A DNA stretch of 64,000 nt from an uncultured Chroococcidiopsis sp. (GCA_964248365.1 CAXTYC010000003.1:128001-192000), one strand, 5' to 3'; shown: positions 40,481-51,641, counted from the first letter of the stretch. The notes: a model not told the origin generated them from the sequence alone. Made by a program: numbers and translations.

Positions 40481-41098
40481 TCATTTAGCCTTTGCCATCT
40501 CCAGGCGCTTGTTAATTTCGTCCCATTTAACCACATTCCACCACTGCTTTAGATACTCAGCACGTTTATTCTGGTACTTGAGATAGTAGGCGTGTTCCCA
40601 AACATCATTTCCCATGATGGGGAAGTTACCGCCAGTGATGGGGCTGTCTTGGTTAGGCGAACTTGTAACCTCAAACTTGCCTTCAGGAGTGAGAATTAGC
40701 CAAACCCAGCCACTACCAAATTGTTTCGTTCCAGCATCATTAAACCGCTGCTTGAATGATTCAAAGTCGCCGAAGTTTTCGCTAATTACAGAGGCAATTG
40801 CACCAGTTGGTTCCCCGCCTGCATTGGCTCCCATGATCTGCCAAAACATTGTGTGGTTGACATCACCGCCCCCATTGTTCCGCACGGCTGTGCGAATATC
40901 CTCTGGGATGCTGTTCAGTTCACGTACCAAGTCTTCTGGACTTTTGTTTTGCAAGTCTGGATATTTTCCTACCGCTGTGTTGAGGTTATTTACATAAGTC
41001 TGATGGTGCATATCATGATGCAACTGCATCGTTTGAGCGTCGATGTAAGGCTCTAGAGCGTCGTAGTTGTAAGGTAACGGAGAAAGTTCAAATGCCAT
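40481..41098 (-). CDS. sodA: Superoxide dismutase, Mn-type signature, no signal peptide
   Basis: [32 protein letters not shown]. Confidence 0.9.
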   Translation of the reverse strand: MAFELSPLPYNYDALEPYIDAQTMQLHHDMHHQTYVNNLNTAVGKYPDLQNKSPEDLVRELNSIPEDIRTAVRNNGGGDVNHTMFWQIMGANAGGEPTGAIASVISENFGDFESFKQRFNDAGTKQFGSGWVWLILTPEGKFEVTSSPNQDSPITGGNFPIMGNDVWEHAYYLKYQNKRAEYLKQWWNVVKWDEINKRLEMAKAK

Positions 41099-41111
41099 AT
41101 GAAATCCTCAC

Positions 41112-41368
41112 TGTGGCGCTGTCTTGGAAAATATTGCGGGAGCGAAAAGTGGAGCGGGTGCGGTGGTGAGGCAGCGCGGTCTTGGGGGGTTCCCCCCATG
41201 AGCGACTGCCGAAAGGCTTTGCCGACATAAAGCACCCCGCGTGGCGTATTGATAGAGTTGGGGTTCCCCCAACTCTCGCCCAACTTTTCAAGAGAGGCGA
41301 AGCGAAAAGTTGGGGGGTTTTTAGCAAGGGGTATCCTTGCCTCCCCCAAGCTTTTCAAGAGAGCCACA
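41112..41368. repeat. GC-rich nested hairpin cluster in the sod leader
   Basis: At least five stems, e.g. TGGGGGG-TT-CCCCCCA, AGAGTTGGGG/CCCCAACTCT, CCCAACTTTTC/GAAAAGTTGGG. Confidence 0.7.
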
Positions 41369-41831
41369 CCGCAATTTTTCCGCTTCTAATAAGAGAGTGG
41401 GCGATAGCAGTGACCGCACCTCTAGGGCTAATACTAACGATTTTGCTGGAGAAAATACGAGATAAAATAAAAATTAATGGTTTATTCTGGCTTAAAACTC
41501 ATAAAAATAGCCAAATCTTAGTTGTGATGCGCTCAGAAGGCGAATAATTACTCAAAATAAGATATCATGCCATCTAATTGTTCGGCGAGTAAGCGATCGC
41601 ACACTCTTTAATTTACGTAAAGAATTAGAACTGAGAGTTTACATAAGAGTGTAAAAAAGTTCACAAACTTCACACCTATTCACACTAAGAGGAGGTGAGG
41701 GACAAGGGGAACCAGGGGCGCGCGTGAGGATGGGGAGAGTGGGAGACAAGGGGACAAGGGGAAAGAACTATACATAAACCTCCCCTTGTCTCCTTGTCCC
41801 CTAGTCCCTAGCCACTAGCCACTAGCCCCTA

Positions 41832-43448
41832 TTAACGGCGATTAGACAAACACTGGTGGTAGTATTTGACAATTTCGTCTGTAACTTGGGTAACAGTTTT
41901 GCCATCGGTTTGAATCTCTATAGCATCTGCTGCTTTTTGCAAGGGAGCAATATCGCGGGTGCTATCTTTCCAGTCACGTTGAGCGATGTCTCGTTCTAGC
42001 TGTTCCAAACTAAAGTCAAATTGACCTTGAGCGAGTAAGTCTTGCTGTCGCCGCCGCGCACGTTCTTGCACAGACGCGGTTAAGAAAATTTTCAGGTCAG
42101 CATCAGGAAAAACATTAGTCCCAATGTCACGACCTTCAGCGACTAGACCGCCCTTTTGACCCCAGTGCTGCTGTTTTTTAACTAGTTCTTGACGAACAGC
42201 TCTTTTCGCTGCGATCGCTGATACCTGCGATGTCACCTCTAAACTACGAATTTGTTGGGTTACTTCCTGCTCGTTAATCCAGACTCGCACTGGCTGATCC
42301 AAGTCAGAGTTGGGGGTAAGGTGAATTTGAGACGAACTCGCCAATTCAGCGATCGCACATTCATCCTCTAGCTCAATTCCCAAGTGCAACACCAGCCACG
42401 TCAAAGCCCGATACATTGCTCCTGTATCGAGATATAGTAGCCCCAGTTCCTTCGCCACAATCCTGGCTACTGTCGATTTTCCAGCGCCAGCTGGACCATC
42501 GATCGCCACAATGGGGGGGCGATCGCGCAGGAGTATGTTATCTATCAAGCGAGCCGCACCTACACGCGCAGCGATCGCAACCATTCCCGATTCCTCCACT
42601 TTTTCTAAAGGCATTAAAGTTGTTGGATGCACCAATTCAACATACTCCATTTGCACACCGCTTGCCATTGCTAATTCTTGCTTGGTTGCTGTAATCAATG
42701 GATGGGCTAGACGCTCTCCCGCCTCAAAAGCTTGTTTTGCTCGTTGCAAGCTACGATACAAAAAGGCTGCTTGCTCTTTTTGTTGTTGGGTTAAATACTG
42801 ATTGCGGGAACTCATAGCCAAACCCGACGCTTCCCGCACTGTTGGACAACCAACAATTTCTACGGTCAAATTTAAATCCTGCACCAGCCGCCGAATAATT
42901 GCTAGCTGTTGAGCATCCTTTTGACCAAAATATGCTCGGTCAGGCTGTACCAAGTTCAACAACTTGGTGACAATCGTCGCCACCCCTTGAAAATGTCCTC
43001 TGCGCGATCGTCCACATAACACTGAAGTCATTTGGGCTGGAGGGACAACCTGAGTCAATTCGGAATTGTTCTTTTCTCCCCCTGCTCCCCCTGCTTTAAT
43101 TCCTATCTCAGAGGCAGAAGGAGCAAAAATTACATCCACTCCTGCTTGTTCACACAGTTGCCGATCTGAATCTAAATTGCGTGGGTAGTGTTGATAATCT
43201 TCCGTAGGACCAAATTGCAGAGGGTTAACAAAAATAGTGACAATAACATTGTCATTTTCCTGCCGCGCCCGTTGCAACAAACTTAAATGACCTTGATGTA
43301 AAGCTCCCATAGTGGGAACTAAACCGACGCTTTTCCCCGACTTGGAAGCGATCGCCTTTTTCAACTCCCCTTGTCCCAATTGACTATTCTCTGCTCGGCA
43401 TACACTACCGTAGCAGCGTAAAGCCGCCACTGTCGTGAACAGACGCAC
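41832..43448 (-). CDS. panC/cmk: Bifunctional pantoate-beta-alanine ligase / cytidylate kinase
   Basis: VPTMGALHQGH, FGQKDAQQ, AMSSRN; IDGPAGAGKST, LDTGAMYR, AEGRDIG; GTG 43448 preferred. Confidence 0.95.
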   Translation of the reverse strand: MRLFTTVAALRCYGSVCRAENSQLGQGELKKAIASKSGKSVGLVPTMGALHQGHLSLLQRARQENDNVIVTIFVNPLQFGPTEDYQHYPRNLDSDRQLCEQAGVDVIFAPSASEIGIKAGGAGGEKNNSELTQVVPPAQMTSVLCGRSRRGHFQGVATIVTKLLNLVQPDRAYFGQKDAQQLAIIRRLVQDLNLTVEIVGCPTVREASGLAMSSRNQYLTQQQKEQAAFLYRSLQRAKQAFEAGERLAHPLITATKQELAMASGVQMEYVELVHPTTLMPLEKVEESGMVAIAARVGAARLIDNILLRDRPPIVAIDGPAGAGKSTVARIVAKELGLLYLDTGAMYRALTWLVLHLGIELEDECAIAELASSSQIHLTPNSDLDQPVRVWINEQEVTQQIRSLEVTSQVSAIAAKRAVRQELVKKQQHWGQKGGLVAEGRDIGTNVFPDADLKIFLTASVQERARRRQQDLLAQGQFDFSLEQLERDIAQRDWKDSTRDIAPLQKAADAIEIQTDGKTVTQVTDEIVKYYHQCLSNRR

Positions 43449-43506
43449 CCCATTCCCCCATCTTCTGATCGCCATCCCTTATTTTAGAGCAGAGGAAGCT
43501 TTCTAA

Positions 43507-43688
43507 GCAGGGGGAGCTTTCTTGAGCAGGGGAGGCAGGGGGAGAAACTCGTATGAAGTGTGAAGTATGAAGTGTAAAGTGTGAAATTTCAACCTTTATC
43601 CTTCAACCTTCAACCTTTATCCTTTACCGCAATACCTCTTTACCCTTTTCCCAAAACTGGTAACTGGTAACTGGTAACTGGTAACTGA
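43507..43688. repeat. Composite dispersed repeat (reverse orientation) plus (CTGGTAA)n
   Basis: Reverse complement matches 59273-59380 module by module. Confidence 0.82.
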
Positions 43689-43693
43689 TTTCC

Positions 43694-44779
43694 CTATCTC
43701 CCCAGCACCTCAACCCGCACGGATGCTACACCTGTTTGCATCACTCCGATGATACGAGCCGCAGCTGCTGAAAGGTCAATAATGCGACCGCCTACGTAGG
43801 GACCTCGGTCATTGATTCGGACTACAACAGAACGACCAGTGCCGACGTTAGTTACTCTTACCCTAGTGCCAAAGGGTAAGCTTTTGTGTGCTGCTGTGAG
43901 AGCATTTTGGTTATAAATCTCACCATTGGCACTGCGACGACCATGAAAGCCTGGACCGTACCACGAAGCTATACCACTAAGACTGAATTGCACTGGTCCC
44001 AAGGCGATATTTTGAGGTAGTTTTGGCAGTTGCGGTTTTGGCATTCCGGCAACTTCTTGTAAAGGTTTGGCATTGCCTAGTAGCCTACGCAAGCGATTGG
44101 TAACTTGCAGTGCATCTTCGGCAAGGCTTTTAGTTTGATCTGGCAGTCTTGTGTTGCTATTGATCTCAATCAGTTCTTGATCGTTTACTTTAATCGAGTA
44201 GCGTTCTGCTGCCTTGTTTTGAGTAGATTTGCCGTTTCCTTTCCAATGGACTGTAATATTACTGGCATCTACGCTATCTAGACTCATTTGATTGAGTTTA
44301 GCCGCTACTGATGTTGCCTGCCATAGCGGAGCATTGTCAGCCTTCATTGCATCAGTGCCAGAATTTTGTGTATTTAAATCGGGAAATTTCCCCATAGTTG
44401 CTACTTTTATGCCGTCAGTAGCACTGTCATTTCCGGTTGATCCAACTTTGGTACTCCTGGTTTTAGTCGGATGGGAACCAACAAATGTCAAAACGGGAAT
44501 GTTACGCACATACAGCACTGCTGCCTGACGACCTGCTTGTTCATGTAGCTGCACTCTAGCAATTACCTGGTTTATTGCTTTAATTGCGGCTGTTGACTGG
44601 TACTCGCCCACCTTAACGACATTGGGCGCTCCAGCTACTGTTTCAGTTTGGGAAGATGTCGTCTTGTTGTTTTCCTTGGAAGAATTAACAGCCCTCGTTG
44701 ATTCGGCATGGCAGGATAGAGGTATGCCTAAAGCTGCGGTTAGTAAAGCGACGGTGGTACTTAAAATTCTTTTTTTCAT
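43694..44779 (-). CDS. rlpA: RlpA-family lytic transglycosylase
   Basis: Signal peptide from ATG 44779; [34 protein letters not shown]. Confidence 0.92.
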   Translation of the reverse strand: MKKRILSTTVALLTAALGIPLSCHAESTRAVNSSKENNKTTSSQTETVAGAPNVVKVGEYQSTAAIKAINQVIARVQLHEQAGRQAAVLYVRNIPVLTFVGSHPTKTRSTKVGSTGNDSATDGIKVATMGKFPDLNTQNSGTDAMKADNAPLWQATSVAAKLNQMSLDSVDASNITVHWKGNGKSTQNKAAERYSIKVNDQELIEINSNTRLPDQTKSLAEDALQVTNRLRRLLGNAKPLQEVAGMPKPQLPKLPQNIALGPVQFSLSGIASWYGPGFHGRRSANGEIYNQNALTAAHKSLPFGTRVRVTNVGTGRSVVVRINDRGPYVGGRIIDLSAAAARIIGVMQTGVASVRVEVLGR

Positions 44780-45360
44780 GCTTCGGTTGTAAATGGCACT
44801 CCTCGACTGAGCTTGAGCTGGCGCGGGGTATCGCCAAATAGCAACAAAAATTCCCCACGAACTCGTACTCATTACGTGTTCATGTTGGGTTCACAACTGC
44901 AACAGATTACCATAAAGTTTTTGGAATGGGGATCAGTGCTGTCAAGTCACAACTGTAAATTTCACTAAAATTTTATGGGAATATTTAGTCTATAATCCGC
45001 TCTGGCTCTCAGTTTTAAGTTTTTGAGTGTCTCTTGTGTTTAGTTGAAAACTTAATAAAACTTTACAAAACTACAAGTTACGAATTAGGCAGTAATAATG
45101 CTAAATATCCTGTGAAAGGTATATAGAAAGCCATATATGCAAGCAATTGTTGCTAAATCGCTGTAGTTTAATCGCTTTGGCTCTGGTGTTGGGTAGAAAG
45201 AGAATTGCAAAGTAGAATACATTCGGCAACGATCGCATTCTAGGGAAGGAATAGAAAAATAACGCTACCCTCTTTTCTAGATCTTTCGTGCTAAACCAAT
45301 AATCCCTAATACAGGACGTGGGTTATTTTTAGACTTCATGTATTCCAGGCAAATTGAATC

Positions 45361-46389
45361 ATGGATTATCAAGAAGCAGGGGTTGATGTCGAAGCTGGTC
45401 GAGCGTTCGTCGATGCTATTCGCAATCTAGTTCAACGCACCCACCGCCCAGAAGTAATTGGGGGACTGGGTGGCTTTAGTGGCTACTTTCAACTTCCAAC
45501 AGGATATCAAGAGCCAGTTTTGGTTTCTAGTACAGATGGGGTAGGAACAAAGCTAAAAATTGCCTCCATTCTCAACCGCCACGATACGGTAGGAATTGAT
45601 TTAGTGGCGATGTGTGTCAACGACGTGCTGACATCTGGCGCAGAACCGCTGTTTTTTCTGGATTATTTGGCGACTGGGAAGTTGAATCGGGAGCAACTAC
45701 AGCAGGTAGTAAGCGGAATTAGTCAAGGGTGTCAAGAGGCTGGATGTGCTTTGCTGGGAGGAGAGACAGCAGAAATGCCTGGTTTTTACCAGCTGGGTGA
45801 ATATGACTTAGCTGGGTTTTGTGTGGGGATTGTCGAAAAGAGTCAGCTATTGGATGGTTCTCAGGTACAGGTGGGAGACATTGGGATCGCTTTAGCAAGT
45901 CAAGGTGTCCACAGCAATGGCTTTAGTTTGGTACGGAAAATTGTTGCCGACGGCGGTTTTGATTGGAGCTTTCGCCCCCCATTATTGCAAGGTAAAAGTT
46001 TAGGCGAAGCTTTTCTAACTCCTACGCAAATTTACGTAAAACCCGTGTTAGCAGGCAGGAAAGCAGGGTTAGAAATTCATGGTATGGCTCATATTACTGG
46101 TGGGGGAATACCAGAAAATCTGCCCCGTTGTCTGGGTGCAGGTCAATCAATACGTGTAGATCTCAATAGCTGGTCAATTCCACCTATCTTTGAGTGGCTA
46201 GCCACAGCTGGAAGTGTTAGCCCCACAGCAATGTTCAACACGTTTAATATGGGCATTGGTTATGTGTTGATTGTCCCACCTTCACTGGACGTGCAGACAA
46301 TTCAATGGTTCCAATCGCAAGGTATTGATGCTTATGCAATTGGAGAGGTAACTACAGGTTCAGGTGAAGTTGAAGGGCTACCAGAATGA
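45361..46389 (+). CDS. purM: Phosphoribosylformylglycinamidine cyclo-ligase
   Basis: [36 protein letters not shown]. Confidence 0.97.
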   Translation: MDYQEAGVDVEAGRAFVDAIRNLVQRTHRPEVIGGLGGFSGYFQLPTGYQEPVLVSSTDGVGTKLKIASILNRHDTVGIDLVAMCVNDVLTSGAEPLFFLDYLATGKLNREQLQQVVSGISQGCQEAGCALLGGETAEMPGFYQLGEYDLAGFCVGIVEKSQLLDGSQVQVGDIGIALASQGVHSNGFSLVRKIVADGGFDWSFRPPLLQGKSLGEAFLTPTQIYVKPVLAGRKAGLEIHGMAHITGGGIPENLPRCLGAGQSIRVDLNSWSIPPIFEWLATAGSVSPTAMFNTFNMGIGYVLIVPPSLDVQTIQWFQSQGIDAYAIGEVTTGSGEVEGLPE

Positions 46390-46519
46390 TGAAGTGTGAA
46401 GTGTGAAGTATGAAGTGTGAAGTATGAAGTATGAAGCAATTAACAATGAACAATAAACAATTATCAATGAAGAATGAACAATTGATAATTGATTCCCTTT
46501 TCCCTTTATCCTTCAACCT
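46390..46519. repeat. Heptamer mosaic between convergent genes
   Basis: (TGAAGTN)n, (AACAATN)n, (CCTTNAT)n. Confidence 0.82.
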
Positions 46520-47194
46520 TTATACTTCATCCTTCATCCCTTGTTTCACAATTACGCGATCGCGCAACAGTAGTAGTTGCTTGTCTTTAATTCCCACACT
46601 GAGCAAACCATCGACAGTTTGCATGAGATAGTCAGCGCTAGAACCAATTTGCCCAGAGGCTGTGGCAATACTATTAATAGTGGTTTCTAGGGATATATTG
46701 CCAGCGTAGCCAGCCTGATGACGATTGACGATGAAAGCGATCGCTTCAATTTCTTGCTCACCGTCAAAAACTTTCACCCAACGAGGGATGTAGGAACCGA
46801 CTACCATCTCTCGCCGCCACAATAGCAGCAGTTCAGGCAGCACATCAGCAGCAGCAATGCGGTAGGCGATACCGCGACAGCTACCACCGCGATCTAAACC
46901 AAGTACCAAACCTGGATTATCTGGAGTACCACGACCAAGAGGAGTCCATAGGCAGAAGCGGCGATGCCAACCGTAAATAGTGCCGATGCGGTGTTCGACG
47001 AAATGGAATATAGGATTCCAAATGAGTGAACCGTAGGCAAACAACCAAACATCAGAATTTAGCTTTTGGCGTTTCAGGGTTTCGAGAATCGACGCTTGTA
47101 GCTGTGCTTCACTCAAAACTTGTAGATCCAGTCCCGCTTGCAAGATCATTTTCTGCAAGAGTTGAGATTCTAGATCGGTGCGGGTTAAGGACAT
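46520..47194 (-). CDS. chaC: ChaC-family gamma-glutamylcyclotransferase
   Basis: WLFAYGSLIWNP, RGTPDNPGLVLGLD, LWRREM. Confidence 0.92.
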   Translation of the reverse strand: MSLTRTDLESQLLQKMILQAGLDLQVLSEAQLQASILETLKRQKLNSDVWLFAYGSLIWNPIFHFVEHRIGTIYGWHRRFCLWTPLGRGTPDNPGLVLGLDRGGSCRGIAYRIAAADVLPELLLLWRREMVVGSYIPRWVKVFDGEQEIEAIAFIVNRHQAGYAGNISLETTINSIATASGQIGSSADYLMQTVDGLLSVGIKDKQLLLLRDRVIVKQGMKDEV

Positions 47195-47329
47195 TTTGGA
47201 TTTTAATTGAATCTCGAAGATTTGCTTGTTTTTGGTGGTTGTGGGTTCTACAGTGATAGCTTAGGGATTAAGAGATCTTGTGTGGGCGATCGCCACAATC
47301 TTGTTTGCTACGTGCATCCTATTTATCTA

Positions 47330-47845
47330 ATGACTATATTTCTTCAGCGTCGTTGTGTCCTGTGTCGTGAGCTACTACCATTAAACTACGCTTGTTTTAC
47401 TCCTGAATTTTCTAATGATTTACCAAATCCCGTAGAACGAATGTTCACTGGAGATTCGATACATTGGGAGTGTTATCGAGATTGGTCAGAGCGTCCAACA
47501 TTTGCACAACAGCAATTTGAGGCTCATATTCAGCAAGCTCGTAAAAATACATTGACTGGCATTACTTATCAAGATGAAGATGTTCTTGTGTGTATCTTTG
47601 TCGCCGATCCCGAACCGAAGTATTTAGATCTCTACCTTTGTGCTACTGGTAGTAAAGTTTTTGTATTAATAGACGAATGGTTAGAGTGGATAGCAGACAT
47701 TTCTCTTGCCGACGAAAAACTTCATCCATTTGAACGCATTGCTGCGATCGCTATATTACCAAAGCTAGCTCGTGAGCTTCCCAAGGTGGCAACAATTCTG
47801 GCTCGAACTGATTGGGAAGGCACTGAGCGAATGTGGTATCAATAA
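47330..47845 (+). CDS. Hypothetical protein with CxxC / HxxC
   Basis: ATG 47330; CVLC and HWEC. Confidence 0.6.
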   Translation: MTIFLQRRCVLCRELLPLNYACFTPEFSNDLPNPVERMFTGDSIHWECYRDWSERPTFAQQQFEAHIQQARKNTLTGITYQDEDVLVCIFVADPEPKYLDLYLCATGSKVFVLIDEWLEWIADISLADEKLHPFERIAAIAILPKLARELPKVATILARTDWEGTERMWYQ

Positions 47846-47894
47846 TCATAGTAGTAGGGTGGGCATTGCCCACCATACAAAAGTTTATGCTCTT

Positions 47895-48192
47895 TCACAA
47901 AGAACCACCACTGATTCTGGCGACAACAAAAGCGATCGCCGCACTAAGCAAGGCTATACCCACTCCGAAAAAAGCAGAACTGTTGGCAGTGACAATTCTC
48001 ATGCCCCGCTCAAATAAGCGGCTATCTAACTTATCTACAGCAGTTTTGACTTATTTAATCTCTTGAGAAAGTTCATCTACCATTAGATTGAGATCTTGAA
48101 AGTGATGATTTAGATCTTGAAACTGTGCTTGCTGTTGTCTGCTTAAGCGCCTGAAGTTGCCCAGCTATATCTGTTAAAGTTGGTTCACTGAT
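47895..48192 (-). pseudogene. Degraded small coiled-coil + C-terminal TM protein
   Basis: SEPTLTDIAGQLQALKQ / frameshift / QQQAQFQDLN...SQEIK*VKTAVDKLDSRLFE...FFGVGIALLSAAIAFVVA; TAA at 48051-53; ATC at the expected start. Confidence 0.55.
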
Positions 48193-48271
48193 AAAAAAGC
48201 TCTATCCCCCTTCTCTTGATTGTCCTCCTTTCCCTCCCCTAGCCCCTAGCCTCTAACCAAAGCCCCTACCT

Positions 48272-50440
48272 TCACGGACAACGCGGATGAAAACCCCCTG
48301 CGGTACAAATGTAAGCAATTTGGTTGGGAGCTAAATTTTTGACTTGAGAAAAGTCAACACCTTTTACTAAAGCAGAAGAGGTGTATTCTGGAGGTGCGGC
48401 AATAAATTGAGGATCGCTTTGGGTTTGTTTGGCACTAAAAAGTATTGCCCCTTGTAAATCTGCGTGTGCCAAATTTGCCCCCCTTAGATCAGCTAGTCTT
48501 AGATCAGCGTTACGCAAGTTGATATTTTGCATCTGAGCGCCGCTCAAATTGGTGCTGCTCAGACGAGTCATACTCAAGTCAGCATTACTGAGATTAGTAT
48601 CACTCAGATCAGATCCAGATAGATCTGCTCCTTGCCAATCTGATTTAGCCAGATTAGCTGATTGCAACTTTGTGCCTAAAGCACTTACTCGGCTTAAACG
48701 AGCAGTGTACAAATTAGCATCGGATAAATTTGCTGCTCCTAAATTTGCACCAGTCAAGCTAGCATTTACTAGAACTGCATTTTGTAAATTAGCTCCCACT
48801 AGTTGGGCGCTACTGAGGTTAGCATCACTTAAACTGGCATTAGACAGATTTGCCTGATTGAGGGTGGCTCGCATTAGGTTGATACGATTCATTGGCACAC
48901 GGCTGAGATTAGCACCAGTGAGATTAGCAGCTTTCATTTGGGCATCACTTAAGTCCGCGATCGCATCATCAGATGTATCCCATTGACCATCTTTCCCTTT
49001 GTCCCGCCAGATACTACCTGGTAAACTTGCACTGTTGAGATTGGCTCCTTTCAACACTATTCCAGCTAAATTGACTCGCTCAAGTGCTAGGTTAAAACCA
49101 GCATTGGTGGTAGAATTGAGATTGACGCGACTAAGATCCATAGCAGGAAGTTTGCCGCTATAAACCTGCAAAATTTTGGCGATCGCTTGCTCGGTTGCTT
49201 GCAGCTGCTGTGTCCGCAGTGCTAACTCGGCTGGTTTATTGGTGTAGCGTCCAGCTGCTATCTCATTCGACAACAATTGATTCAAGTTGTGCAAATAGGG
49301 CAGAGCTTGAGGACCAGTACTAACCAAGGCTTGCTGCACAGCATTGACGATCTTACCTTTTGTTTCTTGCCCCAAAAGTTCAACCAGTAGCTTTAGTACC
49401 TGCGGATCGTCTATTGTTCCCAGGGCGAGAATTGCTTTTTGGCGATCGTCCAATGTGGCAGAATTAGCGTTAAGCTGCCTAATTAAGGAGAGAAACTGCT
49501 CACTTTTGCTTTGCACTAGCTGCCGTTGGTTTTTCTGAGTTTGAATATAGACTTGAGTGCCTACCAAAGTTCCTAAAACTGTAGCCAAACTTGCCAGCGA
49601 TACCAGTAGCAGGGTAATGGTAGGATTTCGGCGCATCCACTTCCACCAACTACGCCGCCCCTTAGTTGTCGATGGAAGCCTATGCGGGCTTGTTACCATC
49701 CCATTTGTATAAGTCCCGTAAGATTGATTGTGCTTAGTTGGCTGTACAACTGTAGCTTTGACAGAGTTAGGCAACGGTTTAAAAGTGCGATTAGCATCTA
49801 CTACATAAGTACCTGCTATCAAATCATGCCAGCAACGGCGCTGACGGTGGAAACGGGCGGTTATTCCTTCCCCCAGCACCATCAAGCAAGACAAGCCTGC
49901 TAAAACTCCCAAGTGAGGGAAGGCACTAAAACGCCACACTATATAAGCAATGGAGAGTGGTAAGCCCCAACTTCCAATTCCTTCTCGGAGTAAAATGCGG
50001 GGCGTACTGGGAACTGTACCAGCAGCAGTCAAAACCCTTACCTTAAACCAGCGCTTGGGCAGAGTACTACCAGTTTTGGACAATAAATATAATTGCCAAC
50101 CAGTCAGCAAGAGCGGTGCGACAACAGCAGCAGACCAAAATACATTGGTAAGTGGTGTGACTAGTTTGCTGTCAGTTTCACGTGGGGGAAGCGCTAGGGT
50201 TCTAGCGATCGCATCAGTTGTTACTGTCACTACTGGATTTAGAGTTACTTGTTCTCCACTAGGATCAGATTTTGCCGCGATTCCCAGACTATACGGTACT
50301 AAACCGCTTAGGGCGATTAGTGAAACTTCGACCGTCCAAGCCGCGATTCGCCTAGTTACCAGTGGCAGGGGTTTGCTTTTTACCTGCCCAGTACGGCGGC
50401 GATTGCGATCTTCACTTCTCCTCACAGTTGAATTCGCCAT
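48272..50440 (-). CDS. hglK: RDD + HEAT-like + pentapeptide repeat membrane protein (HglK-like)
   Basis: RRIAAW..TGSTLPKRWF..WHDLIAGTYV (RDD); long A(D/N)LxX run; 722 aa. Confidence 0.68.
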   Translation of the reverse strand: MANSTVRRSEDRNRRRTGQVKSKPLPLVTRRIAAWTVEVSLIALSGLVPYSLGIAAKSDPSGEQVTLNPVVTVTTDAIARTLALPPRETDSKLVTPLTNVFWSAAVVAPLLLTGWQLYLLSKTGSTLPKRWFKVRVLTAAGTVPSTPRILLREGIGSWGLPLSIAYIVWRFSAFPHLGVLAGLSCLMVLGEGITARFHRQRRCWHDLIAGTYVVDANRTFKPLPNSVKATVVQPTKHNQSYGTYTNGMVTSPHRLPSTTKGRRSWWKWMRRNPTITLLLVSLASLATVLGTLVGTQVYIQTQKNQRQLVQSKSEQFLSLIRQLNANSATLDDRQKAILALGTIDDPQVLKLLVELLGQETKGKIVNAVQQALVSTGPQALPYLHNLNQLLSNEIAAGRYTNKPAELALRTQQLQATEQAIAKILQVYSGKLPAMDLSRVNLNSTTNAGFNLALERVNLAGIVLKGANLNSASLPGSIWRDKGKDGQWDTSDDAIADLSDAQMKAANLTGANLSRVPMNRINLMRATLNQANLSNASLSDANLSSAQLVGANLQNAVLVNASLTGANLGAANLSDANLYTARLSRVSALGTKLQSANLAKSDWQGADLSGSDLSDTNLSNADLSMTRLSSTNLSGAQMQNINLRNADLRLADLRGANLAHADLQGAILFSAKQTQSDPQFIAAPPEYTSSALVKGVDFSQVKNLAPNQIAYICTAGGFHPRCP

Positions 50441-50495
50441 TGCACAATTCCCTTTTAAGTTGTTTCCACGAGCTTTTGAGCGATCGTTAAATAAA

Positions 50496-50849
50496 TCAGT
50501 CTTTATTTTCAGTGCTACGAACTATAAAAAACTGATATGCCAAGTACAACCCCCCTGCCAAAAACCCTAAACTGATTACCGCAGCAACCAGGCTATAGAC
50601 GGCTCGCAAAATAGCAATACCAACTATAGCCCCAACGCCTATAACTGTAAGTTTGCCCACACTAGGCAAGCTATTAAACCAGTTAAAAAAGCGTTTTAGC
50701 TGCGGCTTTAGAGTTGGCGAGATATCTTTCTGTCTTTGTTCGGGTGCTTGGATCTCGGAAATGACAGCTCTTGAGGATGGTGGGGAATTAACTTCTGTCT
50801 CTAGCTGCTCTAAGCGCCGATCTAAATCTTGCTCAGGTTGTGAATTCAT
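50496..50849 (-). CDS. Hypothetical membrane protein
   Basis: Charged N-terminus then two hydrophobic helices. Confidence 0.75.
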   Translation of the reverse strand: MNSQPEQDLDRRLEQLETEVNSPPSSRAVISEIQAPEQRQKDISPTLKPQLKRFFNWFNSLPSVGKLTVIGVGAIVGIAILRAVYSLVAAVISLGFLAGGLYLAYQFFIVRSTENKD

Positions 50850-50984
50850 ATGTTTTTACCCTACTGGGGAACAGTGTTGTAAAGGGATCTAGATTTTTCG
50901 GTAAACCTAACGATTGTTGTTAGGGAGATTTTAGCTAATGTTAGTTAGTTAGGGAGGGGCAATTCATCAATTGCCCGTATTCGT

Positions 50985-51220
50985 TGAAGGATGAAGTGTT
51001 TCGTTGGAAGGCGTGAAATTTCAACCTTTATCCTTCAACCTACCCCTTCGCTCCTCGCGCTCGCTACAACCTTCATCCTTTCCCCCTTTCCCTTCATCCT
51101 ACCCCTACCCAACGGGTGCGGCTAACGCCAACGGGATCGGTGTGCTACATCCTTCAACAAGCGCCTGCGGCAACGCGCGCGAACATCCTTCAACCTTCAT
51201 CCTTTTTTCTTTCCCTTTTT
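50985..51220. repeat. Heptamer array interrupted by GC-rich small dispersed elements
   Basis: TCATCCT/TCAACCT units broken by three GC-rich inserts of about 25-50 nt. Confidence 0.7.
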
Positions 51221-51641
51221 CGGAACTTATACTTACCCAAAGCGTCTTTTAGCCCAGAGTGCAAGTGGATGCTAACAAGATAAAGTCACAAGCTTACCTA
51301 GAGTTTGATCGAACTAGAAAATCTAATTACTCAACTAAACTTTATTAATAAACAAAATGTTATACTTAAAGTAAGTGGAACCTTAGTTACACGAACAAAA
51401 TTACAGTTAAATTCCAACCAATAGAGTAATTAACATAGAGTAATTAACAAAGATAACTGAAGGTTTGCTACTAAACTTAAGGATTGAATGAGCTTAATTA
51501 AATTTGAGTTTAAGTGTCAGCTTAAAAAAGTAATAAAATCTAATTGCTCAAGCGAATAAATTAATTCAAAATAGACAAATTAAAACCTAAAGTTGCTGCA
51601 CTTAATGCAGCAGTAATTATTAGATATTTGGAGCAAAAAAT

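Noticed and set aside
41053..41547. ORFs of 79-121 aa upstream of sod, and a yybP-ykoY Mn riboswitch
   Set aside because: The ORFs are translations of GC-rich hairpins; I could not find the riboswitch GGGGAGUAGC core by eye (an Rfam scan would settle it)
49950..50570. 206-aa plus-strand ORF and similar ORFs at 2040, 29179, 35146, 40614 and 54485
   Set aside because: They lie antisense to well-supported genes and show no protein features
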